NCBI GenBank assembly: GCA_965223905.1
Contig: CBDCXV010000009.1
Coordinates: 64,001-128,000 of the forward strand
Source: Candidatus Latescibacterota bacterium
GTDB taxonomy: Bacteria > Latescibacterota > UBA2968 > UBA8231
Reading direction: 5' to 3'
DNA length: 64,000 nucleotides
Position numbers and translations under genes: made by a program. The notes below the pieces were generated by a model. The model did not search any database. It had not been told where the DNA came from and saw only the letters and a program-made list of their open reading frames with translations. Positions 10,115 to 18,312 of the stretch are shown here, one piece after another. Each line of letters opens with the position of its first letter. Positions within the stretch are counted from its first letter, which is position 1.

Positions 10115-10687
10115 TCATTGCAACAGCTTGGCCACCGCCCGCCACATCTTGTCAAATGAGGGGGAGCGTTGGCGCGCCAGCTCCATGTCAAAGCGAGCGG
10201 TCAAGGCAGCTTGATCAGCTGTCGGACTGTAGGTCGGAAGCATTCGGCGTAGCCACTCCTTGGCGCCCTGGATGGATTCCGGATTTGGCGGGGGAGATAC
10301 ATCCTGTGAAATACCCGAGCCTGCGATCGACTCGGACGCCGCCACAAACCAGGTCTCATACTCGTACTTCGCCAACACTGTTTCGATTTGGCGATCCGGT
10401 CTGGCATCGCGGGCGCGTTGCAGGATATCTGGACCGAGTTCAGCCGGGCATTCTCCCTCGGCGTCCAGCAAAACTAATATGCAACCCCCGTCACCGACGC
10501 GGGCCGCTGCCAGGCTCATGTATCGTTCCAGCTCGCCCTCCTTGAGAATTCTCTGGCGACGCACGCGGATCGGTCTCAACACATTCGGCGGGGCAAGTGG
10601 GGAAACTTCCGTGCTGATCCGCCGAATCAACACGGGGACGGCCTCCACTTCGCCGTCCCCTTCGACAATAGCGGTGATTTTCACCAT
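10115..10687 (-). CDS. DUF4276-family (TOPRIM-like) protein
   Basis: IVEGDGEVEA (TOPRIM Glu motif), LLDAE (DxD-like position), EYETWFVA, SPSFDK; directly after an ABC ATPase. Confidence 0.75.
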   Translation of the reverse strand: MVKITAIVEGDGEVEAVPVLIRRISTEVSPLAPPNVLRPIRVRRQRILKEGELERYMSLAAARVGDGGCILVLLDAEGECPAELGPDILQRARDARPDRQIETVLAKYEYETWFVAASESIAGSGISQDVSPPPNPESIQGAKEWLRRMLPTYSPTADQAALTARFDMELARQRSPSFDKMWRAVAKLLQ

Positions 10688-10688
10688 G

Positions 10689-11921
10689 TCAGGTGTCAGT
10701 TTCGCCGCCGAACATACTTAGCTGGGTCGGCCTCGAGAGCGCGGGATCGGGTATCAACTGATCCATGCGTAGCAGCTCACCTGCAGTGAAAAGATGGTTT
10801 CGAAGCATGGCCCGACTCGTCTCGTCCAGCGGGGCTAGCCGCGTCTCTCCATCCTCCGAAACCACGGCCAGTATGGACTCCAACGGGATCGTATCCCGAT
10901 CCAGGAGGTCCGCGCTATGGGTGGCAACAATCACCTGCGCGTGTTCGCTCCCCTCGCGCAGCACGTCGGTCAGCACACCCGCTGCGGCTGGATGGAGGGA
11001 GCCCTCCGGCTCTTCGATGCCGATCAGCTTCGCTTTTCCCGACTCCATGCCGGCGCCCTGGTAGAGGGCAATGAGCACCCCGAGAACGCGCAACGTTCCG
11101 TCCGAAACGTTGTTGGCGAGGAAACGCCAGGGATGAGGGTCGCCGCGGACTTCCTGACGAAACTCCAACGTCAGCTTGGGTCCCACCGTCTTCGACTCCA
11201 CGTCCACCGTTCCCGGGACGACCTTGGAGAGATACTTACCGACGCGCTCCGCACTCTCGGGCGCCTCCGACTTCAGGTTTGCGAGAACGCTGGCGATATT
11301 GCTTCCGTCCTGCTTAAGGAGATCGCCGGGATCCGGCGACTGCAGCTCGCGAACCTGCTCGGGATGGATGTTGTAGAAACCCATCCCGGCGAGCGCGTCG
11401 TAGACAGGACGGAACGCCGGGTAACCGGCTACCTGCATGAGGTAGAGACGGTCGTCTCCCGCCCCGGGCGGATGGGCGAATGAAGTGGTGATCGGACGCC
11501 CGTTCTCTACCCGGAAGAGTCCCGTCCGGTCGCTGTCCGCGGACTTGACCACGCACTCTTCTTTCCGCACGACGTAGCGCCCTTTCGGCCGGGCGCCTAC
11601 TTCGAACACGTACCAGCCAGTTGCCTCTGGAAGCCGGAAATTGAGACGGACGCCGAAGTGATTCGGATGACCTCGGGACCTCCGCCGGACTTCGTTGATG
11701 CCGCCGCGCTCGTGCAGGGCGTGGTCCAGGGAGAAGCGCAGGGCCTGGGCGGTAAAGCGGAGGGCGTCGAGGAAGTTGCTCTTGCCGGCGCCGTTGGCGC
11801 CGACCAGGATCGTCAAGGGCGTTAGCTCGACGTCGCAGGCGGCGATGCTCTTGTAGTTTCGCAGAGCGACCCGGGTGATGATCCTTGGATCGAACTCAGA
11901 TGTCGTGGACGTTTCCGTCAT
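10689..11921 (-). CDS. ABC/AAA_21-type ATPase (SMC/OLD-like)
   Basis: LRNYKSI, Walker A GANGAGKSN, signature VSDGT, Walker B IGIEEPE, H-loop ATHS. Confidence 0.88.
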   Translation of the reverse strand: MTETSTTSEFDPRIITRVALRNYKSIAACDVELTPLTILVGANGAGKSNFLDALRFTAQALRFSLDHALHERGGINEVRRRSRGHPNHFGVRLNFRLPEATGWYVFEVGARPKGRYVVRKEECVVKSADSDRTGLFRVENGRPITTSFAHPPGAGDDRLYLMQVAGYPAFRPVYDALAGMGFYNIHPEQVRELQSPDPGDLLKQDGSNIASVLANLKSEAPESAERVGKYLSKVVPGTVDVESKTVGPKLTLEFRQEVRGDPHPWRFLANNVSDGTLRVLGVLIALYQGAGMESGKAKLIGIEEPEGSLHPAAAGVLTDVLREGSEHAQVIVATHSADLLDRDTIPLESILAVVSEDGETRLAPLDETSRAMLRNHLFTAGELLRMDQLIPDPALSRPTQLSMFGGETDT

Positions 11922-11978
11922 TTTTTATCTGATTCGCTAATGGTGTATAGTTCGTCCGTCGTCCAATCCCAATACGCT

Positions 11979-12422
11979 TCAGCGCCCTGCGTCCCTGGCC
12001 GCTTCCTCTATCCAATCATCCATGTTGTTGTAGCCATCATGTTTATTCCAGAGATAGAACGGGTAACCAGCCGGTATTTTGCCGCACCGTTTAGTCGTGT
12101 TTCCATCCAGATCCTTGATTTTGCTGATGTCGATTCCAAGTAAACCGTTGTTCCGCTTCTTGCTCTGCTCTATTTCGTACTTTACCCACCTGCTTGAACA
12201 GGTGCGAGCTCCTACCAATACGACGGTTACGGAGGTGCCATGAAGCTGGTTGTCGATCCACCGCTTAATGGCCGCATCCCCCTGTCGCTTGATCTTCTCG
12301 AAATCCGCAGCGTCAACAAAACCCGCTGCCTCCTTTCCCTGCGTCACCCAGCTGTTGCGGACGACCATTGCGCGAGACACGTCGGGTTTGTACTTGAAAC
12401 TGAAAAACACTCTACGAGCCAT
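11979..12422 (-). CDS. ThsB-like TIR-domain protein (MTH538/DUF1863 type)
   Basis: MARRVFFSFKY..DVSRA..VRNSW, IKRWIDNQL, TSVTVVLVG, catalytic RWVKYEI; AGGAG RBS upstream. Confidence 0.88.
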   Translation of the reverse strand: MARRVFFSFKYKPDVSRAMVVRNSWVTQGKEAAGFVDAADFEKIKRQGDAAIKRWIDNQLHGTSVTVVLVGARTCSSRWVKYEIEQSKKRNNGLLGIDISKIKDLDGNTTKRCGKIPAGYPFYLWNKHDGYNNMDDWIEEAARDAGR

Positions 12423-12774
12423 TAGCTTGTTCTCCTGAAACATTGAACAGGACAAAGATGGAGGAAGGGAAATAACCCTTCCCGGCAGCCTTCCGTTCCT
12501 CGTTCGACTCTTCCGCAAGGCCGGCCGACTCCGGGACTTCCCCGTCCATGTCGTCGTCTTCGTCCGCGTCGGCGCTCGTATCAGCTGCGGACCCGGACGG
12601 GATCAAACAACCGGCCAGGTACCAGTTCGACGGCCGCCGCCATCCAGGAAGGCGCTCGTCGGCCAGGGAGTGGCCGACCCAGGGCCCTACCAGATCGAGA
12701 TTCAGCGCTTCAATCAGGCGGTCGCGTACTTCTGCAGAGGTACTGGGTTTGCGGTCCTGGGGTTTGTCGGTCAC
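12412..12774 (-). pseudogene. Truncated drmA 5' fragment (~105 codons) fused to the last ~14 codons of a membrane-protein gene
   Basis: MTDKPQDRKPSTSAEVRDRLIEALNLDLVGP...KGYFPSS matches the DrmA N-terminus, then switches to IFVLFNVSGEQANGS, which resembles the end of the ORF at 14624. Confidence 0.9.
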
Positions 12775-12805
12775 GGGGACTTACTTCTTGGCTGTCTTTG
12801 ATGCA

Positions 12806-12877
12806 TCACTGGAAGAGCAGTTCAGCGTCTGACCGGTGCCGGCGATGGGCATCGATAAAATCGGCAGGGTGGATCAT
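12806..12877 (-). pseudogene. 23-codon stub resembling the N-terminus of a small HEPN-like protein
   Basis: MIHPADFIDAHRRHRSDAELLFQ-stop; recalled similarity to proteins beginning DF.DAH.RH..DAELL. Confidence 0.4.
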
Positions 12878-12942
12878 CGCAGGGCTCGCTCGGTGTTGTC
12901 CTGCCATCGGGAAGTTCGCGCAGCAAACCAGAACCCCACCGC

Positions 12943-14520
12943 TCACATCCCCCACACATCGATCTCGACCCCGCTGTCCGACACCCGGCGGCAGTGAAAC
13001 AGTTTGTCCGCCCAACGCCGACCTTCACGCCGGTCGAAAATCACCAGGTGGCCCGCCTCCCCTCCGCAGCGATCCATGTATTCGAACGTCTGTTCCAACC
13101 CCTCGGCAATCGTCTGCTCCAAGCTCCTGTGCAGCACCTTGCACTCGACGACGAACCGGCGCGTCCGCTCTCCTTGCGGCCACACGATCAGCAAGTCCGT
13201 CCGCATCCGCCCCAATCCGTACTCGCGCTCGATGCGACCGCCGCTGTTGACGATCCGCTGCAAAAACGCCTGCAGCAGCAACTGCGGGCCGGCTTCCCTG
13301 TACTCGAATCGCTCGACCCAGTGTTCGGAGTGCTCGCGGAAGAACTCCTGGAACGCCGACAGCAGCTTGACCACGTCCAGCCTCCCCTCGGCATCCACAT
13401 ACCAGGCGGCGTCCTGCTCGAATTCCCCCTGCACCACCCACGTCAGTTCGCGCGGCACCACCTCGGCATAGATCGGGTTGGCGATGCGATACGGCAGGTC
13501 TTGTGCGACCAGCCCGAGATCCCGCACATACTCGATGTCGCGGTCGGCGAAGTGGCGTTCCTCTCCGCCGCTCAACAGCGGCTCGACAACCCGGCGAACC
13601 CGCTCCTCCTTGAGTTTGTCGGCCAACTGGTCCAGATGCGTCTCGCGCAGCAGGATGAGCTGCTCCTGGGCGGCGCGGATGGCTTCGGCGGTGACCGGAC
13701 GATGCCACGCCTGCGCACATTCGCCCTGGAAACAGGCTTCGTCGCCCAGCGCGTTGACCAGCCACGGCTGCCCTTGTGTCTGCGTCCAGACCGTCTCCAG
13801 CGCCTCGGGGGTAAACACCTGCCCCGTCTCCTCGGTGTGCTGACCGAGCAGCGCCCGCACCTCCTCCCGGGAAAAGTCCCCTAACCGCAGGGATGCCGCT
13901 TTTATATTGAACGCGCTGCCACCGGCGATGATGGCGTTCTCCGCGGTGGATTGAATGCGATAGTCGCGCACATCGCGCACCCCGCACAGCACCACGCTCT
14001 GCGGAAAACCCTCTGGCCGCAGATCGTATCCCGACCGCAACTGGCGCAGCACCGACAGCAAGGAATCGCCGATCAAGGAATCGATTTCGTCGATGAGCAG
14101 CACCAAGGGCTTCGGGTCGGCCTTGGACCAGCGCGTCAACGCCACTTGCAGAGCGGCGTGGGGACCGAATTCGGCTAAGATGTCCGACCAGACCGCGAGC
14201 AGAAATTCGTCGTCCAGGGTCACGCTCGCTCGCAACGCCAACGTTCCCAAAATGGTGCGCATGACCTGTTCCACGTCTTCGCGCCCGGTTTGCCCGGCCT
14301 CGACATTGACGTACACGCAGCGATAGGTCCCTCCGGCGTTGAGCAGGTCGCGCAGCGCCAGGAGGACCGATGTCTTGCCCGTCTGACGCGGCGCATGCAA
14401 AACGAAGTACTTCTCGTCCCGCACCAACGCGAGCACCTCGGCGAGGTTCAGCCGGTCCAACGGCGGGATGCAGTGGTGCTTTTCGGGCTTGACCGGACCA
14501 GTAGTGCTGAAAAAACGCAT
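12943..14520 (-). CDS. AAA-type ATP-binding protein with a C-terminal PD-(D/E)XK nuclease-like domain
   Basis: Walker A APRQTGKT, Walker B LLIDEID, TQGQPWLVN, C-terminal EREYGLGRMRTDLLI...VVECK. Confidence 0.8.
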   Translation of the reverse strand: MRFFSTTGPVKPEKHHCIPPLDRLNLAEVLALVRDEKYFVLHAPRQTGKTSVLLALRDLLNAGGTYRCVYVNVEAGQTGREDVEQVMRTILGTLALRASVTLDDEFLLAVWSDILAEFGPHAALQVALTRWSKADPKPLVLLIDEIDSLIGDSLLSVLRQLRSGYDLRPEGFPQSVVLCGVRDVRDYRIQSTAENAIIAGGSAFNIKAASLRLGDFSREEVRALLGQHTEETGQVFTPEALETVWTQTQGQPWLVNALGDEACFQGECAQAWHRPVTAEAIRAAQEQLILLRETHLDQLADKLKEERVRRVVEPLLSGGEERHFADRDIEYVRDLGLVAQDLPYRIANPIYAEVVPRELTWVVQGEFEQDAAWYVDAEGRLDVVKLLSAFQEFFREHSEHWVERFEYREAGPQLLLQAFLQRIVNSGGRIEREYGLGRMRTDLLIVWPQGERTRRFVVECKVLHRSLEQTIAEGLEQTFEYMDRCGGEAGHLVIFDRREGRRWADKLFHCRRVSDSGVEIDVWGM

Positions 14521-14623
14521 CGTTGTATCCTCTCGAAAGCAAGACGGAAAGGGGTGCTATCCGGAAGGGTAGGTAAAGAAACCTATCCGCCTTTGTACGG
14601 AATCGGCGACGCCGTCCCGGCCT

Positions 14624-15052
14624 CTACGAGCCGTTATTAATAGCTTGTTCTCCTGGAAGGTAGAATACGACCAGAACAATCGCGATGATGAGAGCTCCGT
14701 AGAACGGAACCAGCGTTATCGACAAGGTTGAGCCAATCCAAGAGCGCTTCCAACCCGTTCGGAACGCAGCGGTGGCCATTGAAAAGTCGACTTCACTTTC
14801 GTCCACCACCCGGACATGGTCGTAGAGCGCTCGGAACAGGCGTTCCTGCCACAGGTAGTAACCGTCGAGGTCCCAGAAGACGAGGACAGGTGTCAATGCG
14901 ATGTAGGCAACATGGAGGCGATCCTCTATCGCCAACAGGACGAACAGGGCAGTGACCAGAACCACGATCCACCCCTTCACGCGGAACGAGTCGGTCGCAA
15001 GGCGGTTGACCACCCCTTGGATCAATTCAAGATGCTTGAGCTTTGATTCCAT
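14624..15052 (-). CDS. Small multi-pass membrane protein, putative TIR-associated effector
   Basis: MESKLKHLELIQGVVNRLATDSFRVKGW, three hydrophobic segments, DGYYLWQERLFRALY. Confidence 0.75.
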   Translation of the reverse strand: MESKLKHLELIQGVVNRLATDSFRVKGWIVVLVTALFVLLAIEDRLHVAYIALTPVLVFWDLDGYYLWQERLFRALYDHVRVVDESEVDFSMATAAFRTGWKRSWIGSTLSITLVPFYGALIIAIVLVVFYLPGEQAINNGS

Positions 15053-15599
15053 TGGCATTGCCTGCGGGAATGGATGGCTTGTTCGATGGTATTTGCTGCC
15101 TCCCGGGCACCCTTCTCGCAGTTGCTGGTTCCACCGGATCAGGAGCATCGTGGGGTTTGAACACTATCGTCCGTACGTCCGGAAGGTCCTGCATTGCCCT
15201 TTCGATCCGCACCCGTACATCTGCCCAGGCAAGTCCGCCGAGCCCAGCGCCCAAGGGAGGAATCGCGATGGAGCAGATTTTCCGAGACCGGACTTCGGCA
15301 ATCAGCGCATTCAGACCCGAGTCGATGTCTTCGATCCTGGACTTGCCCCGCCAGTGCCGCTTGGTCGGGAAGTTGATGATGTAGCGAGGCGAAACCAACT
15401 GTCCCGTTTCGAACACGAACATGCGTCCAGGCTGGACTTCCTTCTTGCGACAGGCAGCTTCATATGCTTTGAAATTATCAGGCCAGGACTTCTTGAACTG
15501 CAGGGCGATTCCCCTGCCCATTAAGCCGACGCAGTTGACCGTGTTTACGAGGGCTTCCACATCCTCGTCGAGGATGTTGCCTGTCTTGTACTCTACCAT
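15027..15599 (-). CDS. DarG-type macrodomain protein, C-terminally truncated
   Basis: GNILDEDVEALVNTVNCVGLMGRGIALQFK, IINFPTKRHW, SIAIPPLGAGLGGL. Similarity ends after ~165 aa; the DarG C-terminal domain is absent. Confidence 0.8.
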   Translation of the reverse strand: MVEYKTGNILDEDVEALVNTVNCVGLMGRGIALQFKKSWPDNFKAYEAACRKKEVQPGRMFVFETGQLVSPRYIINFPTKRHWRGKSRIEDIDSGLNALIAEVRSRKICSIAIPPLGAGLGGLAWADVRVRIERAMQDLPDVRTIVFKPHDAPDPVEPATARRVPGRQQIPSNKPSIPAGNANGIKAQAS

Positions 15600-15616
15600 C
15601 CCAATCTTCCTCCGCG

Positions 15617-15675
15617 TTAGAAGTAACCAGTGCCGTAGTAGCGATCGTGGACCAGTCGAGCTCGCCAGGCTGGCC
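15617..15675 (-). pseudogene. Possible darT remnant
   Basis: Frame GELDWSTIATT followed by TGG-T-TAC-TTC-TAA (W/YF-stop), just before the darG-like RBS. Confidence 0.3.
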
Positions 15676-15721
15676 AAGAGGCTCCTCTGGGGAGACTCAC
15701 AACCGCTGTTCTCCCCGGCAC

Positions 15722-16891
15722 TCATGTAGCAGTTATCCCTTCGAGTGGCTCGATCTCCTTCAACTCAAGACTTGTCCGGATCTCGCCAACTCCAGTCTCT
15801 TCAACTCGTTCAATGCAGTCCACCTCGTATCGTTGAGTGTCCACGATCAAACCACTCAGCGCGCCTTGCAAGTCACTGGCGGAACGGCCGTGATGCGAGA
15901 TCCCTTCGTCGTCCCGCAGGGTCCAGAGGCCCGATTCCACGTTGACGTGTATGAAGACACCCCTGAGAGTGACCTCCTCAACCGTCAAGTCCTTCTGCGC
16001 CACGATCAAGTTGTAGAGTCTCTCTGCGGAATCTCGAGAAATCGCCCTGGTGGATGAGAACGTCCGGTCCGGTGCCGACCACTGGTATCCAAGGGCCGAT
16101 TCCGAGTCAACCAGGAACTTCAGCAATCGCCGATAGGCAGCTACGAGGTGACCCCTGTTCTGACGCATAGTCGAAAGTCCTGCCTCCGGTGCATCGATGC
16201 CTTCGGTCAGGGCATCGACCCGATCCAGGGCCCGGGACAGACCTACGTATCCGAGCAAGTCAGGCTCCGCCCTCGACTGCAAATGGATGGTGAAGGACCC
16301 GTGGGAAAAGCCAGAGACGTCCATCATCCAGTTAGACTCGTCCGAAATCATTTTTCGTGTATCGGGGCCGACATCGCGAAGAACCTTCCGATATGCCTGG
16401 CCAACCAGATTCTGGAAAAGTGACAGACATATGGCCAGGTTGGTAACGCCTATCTGTGCCGCGATGTGGGATTCGGGAGGGCTCATCCGAAGGTGCAAGA
16501 CTGCCTTGCCACGGGACGTTACCTCCTGCGTCACAGCGTTCGGCTCCACAAAGTCCGACACTCGAAGGTCGGGCTCGGGGAGCCACTTCTCAGGGGGGTG
16601 ACCTACTGGAGACAACGCCAAGCGGTCCTTCACTTCGGTGTCACCAGTGAGCGCCGCAGTATAGTACTCGTCAACTTCAGGGATCGTAAGCGCACTGCGG
16701 ACGTCCAGAATACCGGCCTCCAGTTGATACAACCGATTTGCTGACATGGGCGTCAGGAGGTATGCATCCCCGCCGTCCGGGGCCTGGACCAGCAATCCGA
16801 GATAGAGTTGTCCCACCTCATCACTGGCCACGATCACCTGAGGTCCATCGTAGTAGATCAGGGTTCTCACAAGTCGGACGGATCTGCGCAT
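15722..16891 (-). CDS. DUF6575-like domain protein (uncharacterised)
   Basis: N-terminal TLIYYDGPQVIVASD...YLGLL; middle SGFSHGSFTI; OB-fold-like C-terminus. Starts 3 bp after the upstream gene. Confidence 0.6.
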   Translation of the reverse strand: MRRSVRLVRTLIYYDGPQVIVASDEVGQLYLGLLVQAPDGGDAYLLTPMSANRLYQLEAGILDVRSALTIPEVDEYYTAALTGDTEVKDRLALSPVGHPPEKWLPEPDLRVSDFVEPNAVTQEVTSRGKAVLHLRMSPPESHIAAQIGVTNLAICLSLFQNLVGQAYRKVLRDVGPDTRKMISDESNWMMDVSGFSHGSFTIHLQSRAEPDLLGYVGLSRALDRVDALTEGIDAPEAGLSTMRQNRGHLVAAYRRLLKFLVDSESALGYQWSAPDRTFSSTRAISRDSAERLYNLIVAQKDLTVEEVTLRGVFIHVNVESGLWTLRDDEGISHHGRSASDLQGALSGLIVDTQRYEVDCIERVEETGVGEIRTSLELKEIEPLEGITAT

Positions 16892-16894
16892 TCT

Positions 16895-17287
16895 TCAGCC
16901 CCGCTTCAGTTTGACTGGCACGGCCAATGGAACCGGGTCGAAGTTTGCTCGGCGCCACCAGGACACGTGGCCCGGCTTGCCACAGGTCTTCTTGGTAACG
17001 CCAGCGGTTCGAGAAAGGGTAAGGGAAACAATGGCTCCACCCTTGAACCGTGGCAATTTCAAGACACCACTGGCGCTCTTGCGAACGAGGAAAAGCGATA
17101 CCGCCCGTGCCTGGCACTCAGGTACCGAGAACGGTCGTTCCGGGTAGAGTGCTCTCTGGGAAACGAAATCGCAGTCAGTCGGGGGAATCGTCCGAACGAC
17201 CCGGAAGTGCGGTTCAGAAACGGGCGCCCCCGCGTCTCTTGGCGGGCAGTCCTCCGGAAGTTCTTCGTACCAGTCGTTCTCAGCCAT
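16895..17287 (-). CDS. Small hypothetical protein, possible ADP-ribosyltransferase-like fold
   Basis: LPEDCPP, HFRVV (R), DFVSQ, C.ARAVSLF (S), GHVSWW. Confidence 0.6.
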   Translation of the reverse strand: MAENDWYEELPEDCPPRDAGAPVSEPHFRVVRTIPPTDCDFVSQRALYPERPFSVPECQARAVSLFLVRKSASGVLKLPRFKGGAIVSLTLSRTAGVTKKTCGKPGHVSWWRRANFDPVPLAVPVKLKRG

Positions 17288-17369
17288 TTGTCACCCACCC
17301 CTGTTCCGCAAGTACGTTACGCGCCAGGGGAAGTTGTCCGACTGTCGCGCCGACTAAAGGTGCTGCACC

Positions 17370-17838
17370 CGGAGCCTCACCTTCCAGCACCATCTCCTTC
17401 ACTGCCCGGCGCACGAAGCGCCCGACGTCGGCATGACTGGCGCCCTTGAACCGGCCCCGCCCGGCGATCTCCACCACCTCGAAACCCCGTCGTCCACCGC
17501 GCAGCTTGACCGCAAGTAGCCGGCACAGCGAAGCGTAGGCGGCTTGAGGAAAGCACTTCCTCGAAGCCCCGCCAGATGGCGGTATCGAGGAGACCCTCGT
17601 GGTTGGTGGCGGGGATGAGGAGGCAGCGGCCTCCGTAGGCGTGGAGCATCTTGCAGGAGCCAAAAGGATTTAGTGGATGGGCGGCCATAGAGAATGGTCT
17701 CCAAAGTCCTCCAGGAGCAGGTGGTGCTGCTTTTCCCGTTCCTCTTCGATCACGGGCTTTTTCCGCGTTACGAAAGCCTCCCAAATCCGCTTCTGTTAGG
17801 GAGCGAACGAATTTTTTCAGGGGTTGGGCGTTTGCCAG
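17370..17838 (-). pseudogene. Decayed AAA+ ATPase (IetA-like), internally deleted and frameshifted
   Basis: Across frames: (L)ANAQPLKKFVRS...VIEEEREKQHHLL..D/LETILYGRP joined to MLHAYGGRCLLIPATNHEGLLDTAIWRGFEEVL (SRH-like) and RLLAVKLRG...SHADVGRFVRRAVKEMVL. Walker A and B are missing. Confidence 0.6.
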
Positions 17839-17843
17839 GATCC

Positions 17844-18305
17844 TTACCCGGACGACCTTCGCCGGCGTGAAACAGAATGGTTCGCTAAACTGTTCAGAGT
17901 TCCGAATAGCAGGTCATCCGAAGGTAGATGAGAATAAAACTGTGGGGGGTGAAAATCCTCAACGACTTGACGAATGTTTTCCAGGGTGCAAGGATCCTGG
18001 ATTCTCTTTACCGAGGAAAGGACCAAGGCCGATACCTGCCGACTATTTCCTATGTAGAAATCGAAATGTGTTTTTTCGATGCAGATTTTTTCACCGTAGC
18101 GGTCCCATATTTCGGAAGGGATTCCATGAGAAACCGTTTTTATTTTCGCATTAGCGACTATCCTGCCCACAGGTTGGGTTGCGTATATCCAAATCGTGGT
18201 TCCAGATTTCAATCTAACAGTTCTATTCCTGAGTTCTACCGTCTTTTCCCCAGACAGAATCAGGTTCGCGTATTGAGGCTTAAGAGAAATTATGGCTTGG
18301 TCCAT
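17844..18305 (-). CDS. ASCH (PUA-like) domain protein
   Basis: IISLKPQYANLILSGEKTVELR (GxKxxExR), IYATQPVGRIV, FHPPQFYSHL. Confidence 0.88.
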   Translation of the reverse strand: MDQAIISLKPQYANLILSGEKTVELRNRTVRLKSGTTIWIYATQPVGRIVANAKIKTVSHGIPSEIWDRYGEKICIEKTHFDFYIGNSRQVSALVLSSVKRIQDPCTLENIRQVVEDFHPPQFYSHLPSDDLLFGTLNSLANHSVSRRRRSSG

Positions 18306-18312
18306 GAACTCT

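Noticed and set aside
15056-15110. IEQAIHSR frame upstream of the membrane gene as the tail of a second TIR gene
   Set aside because: Too short to distinguish from chance
14624-15599. Macrodomain plus TM genes as a split type II Thoeris ThsA
   Set aside because: The macrodomain is DarG-type (NTVNCVG.MG.GIALQFK, NFPTK.HW) and looks truncated, so the adjacency is better explained by deletion
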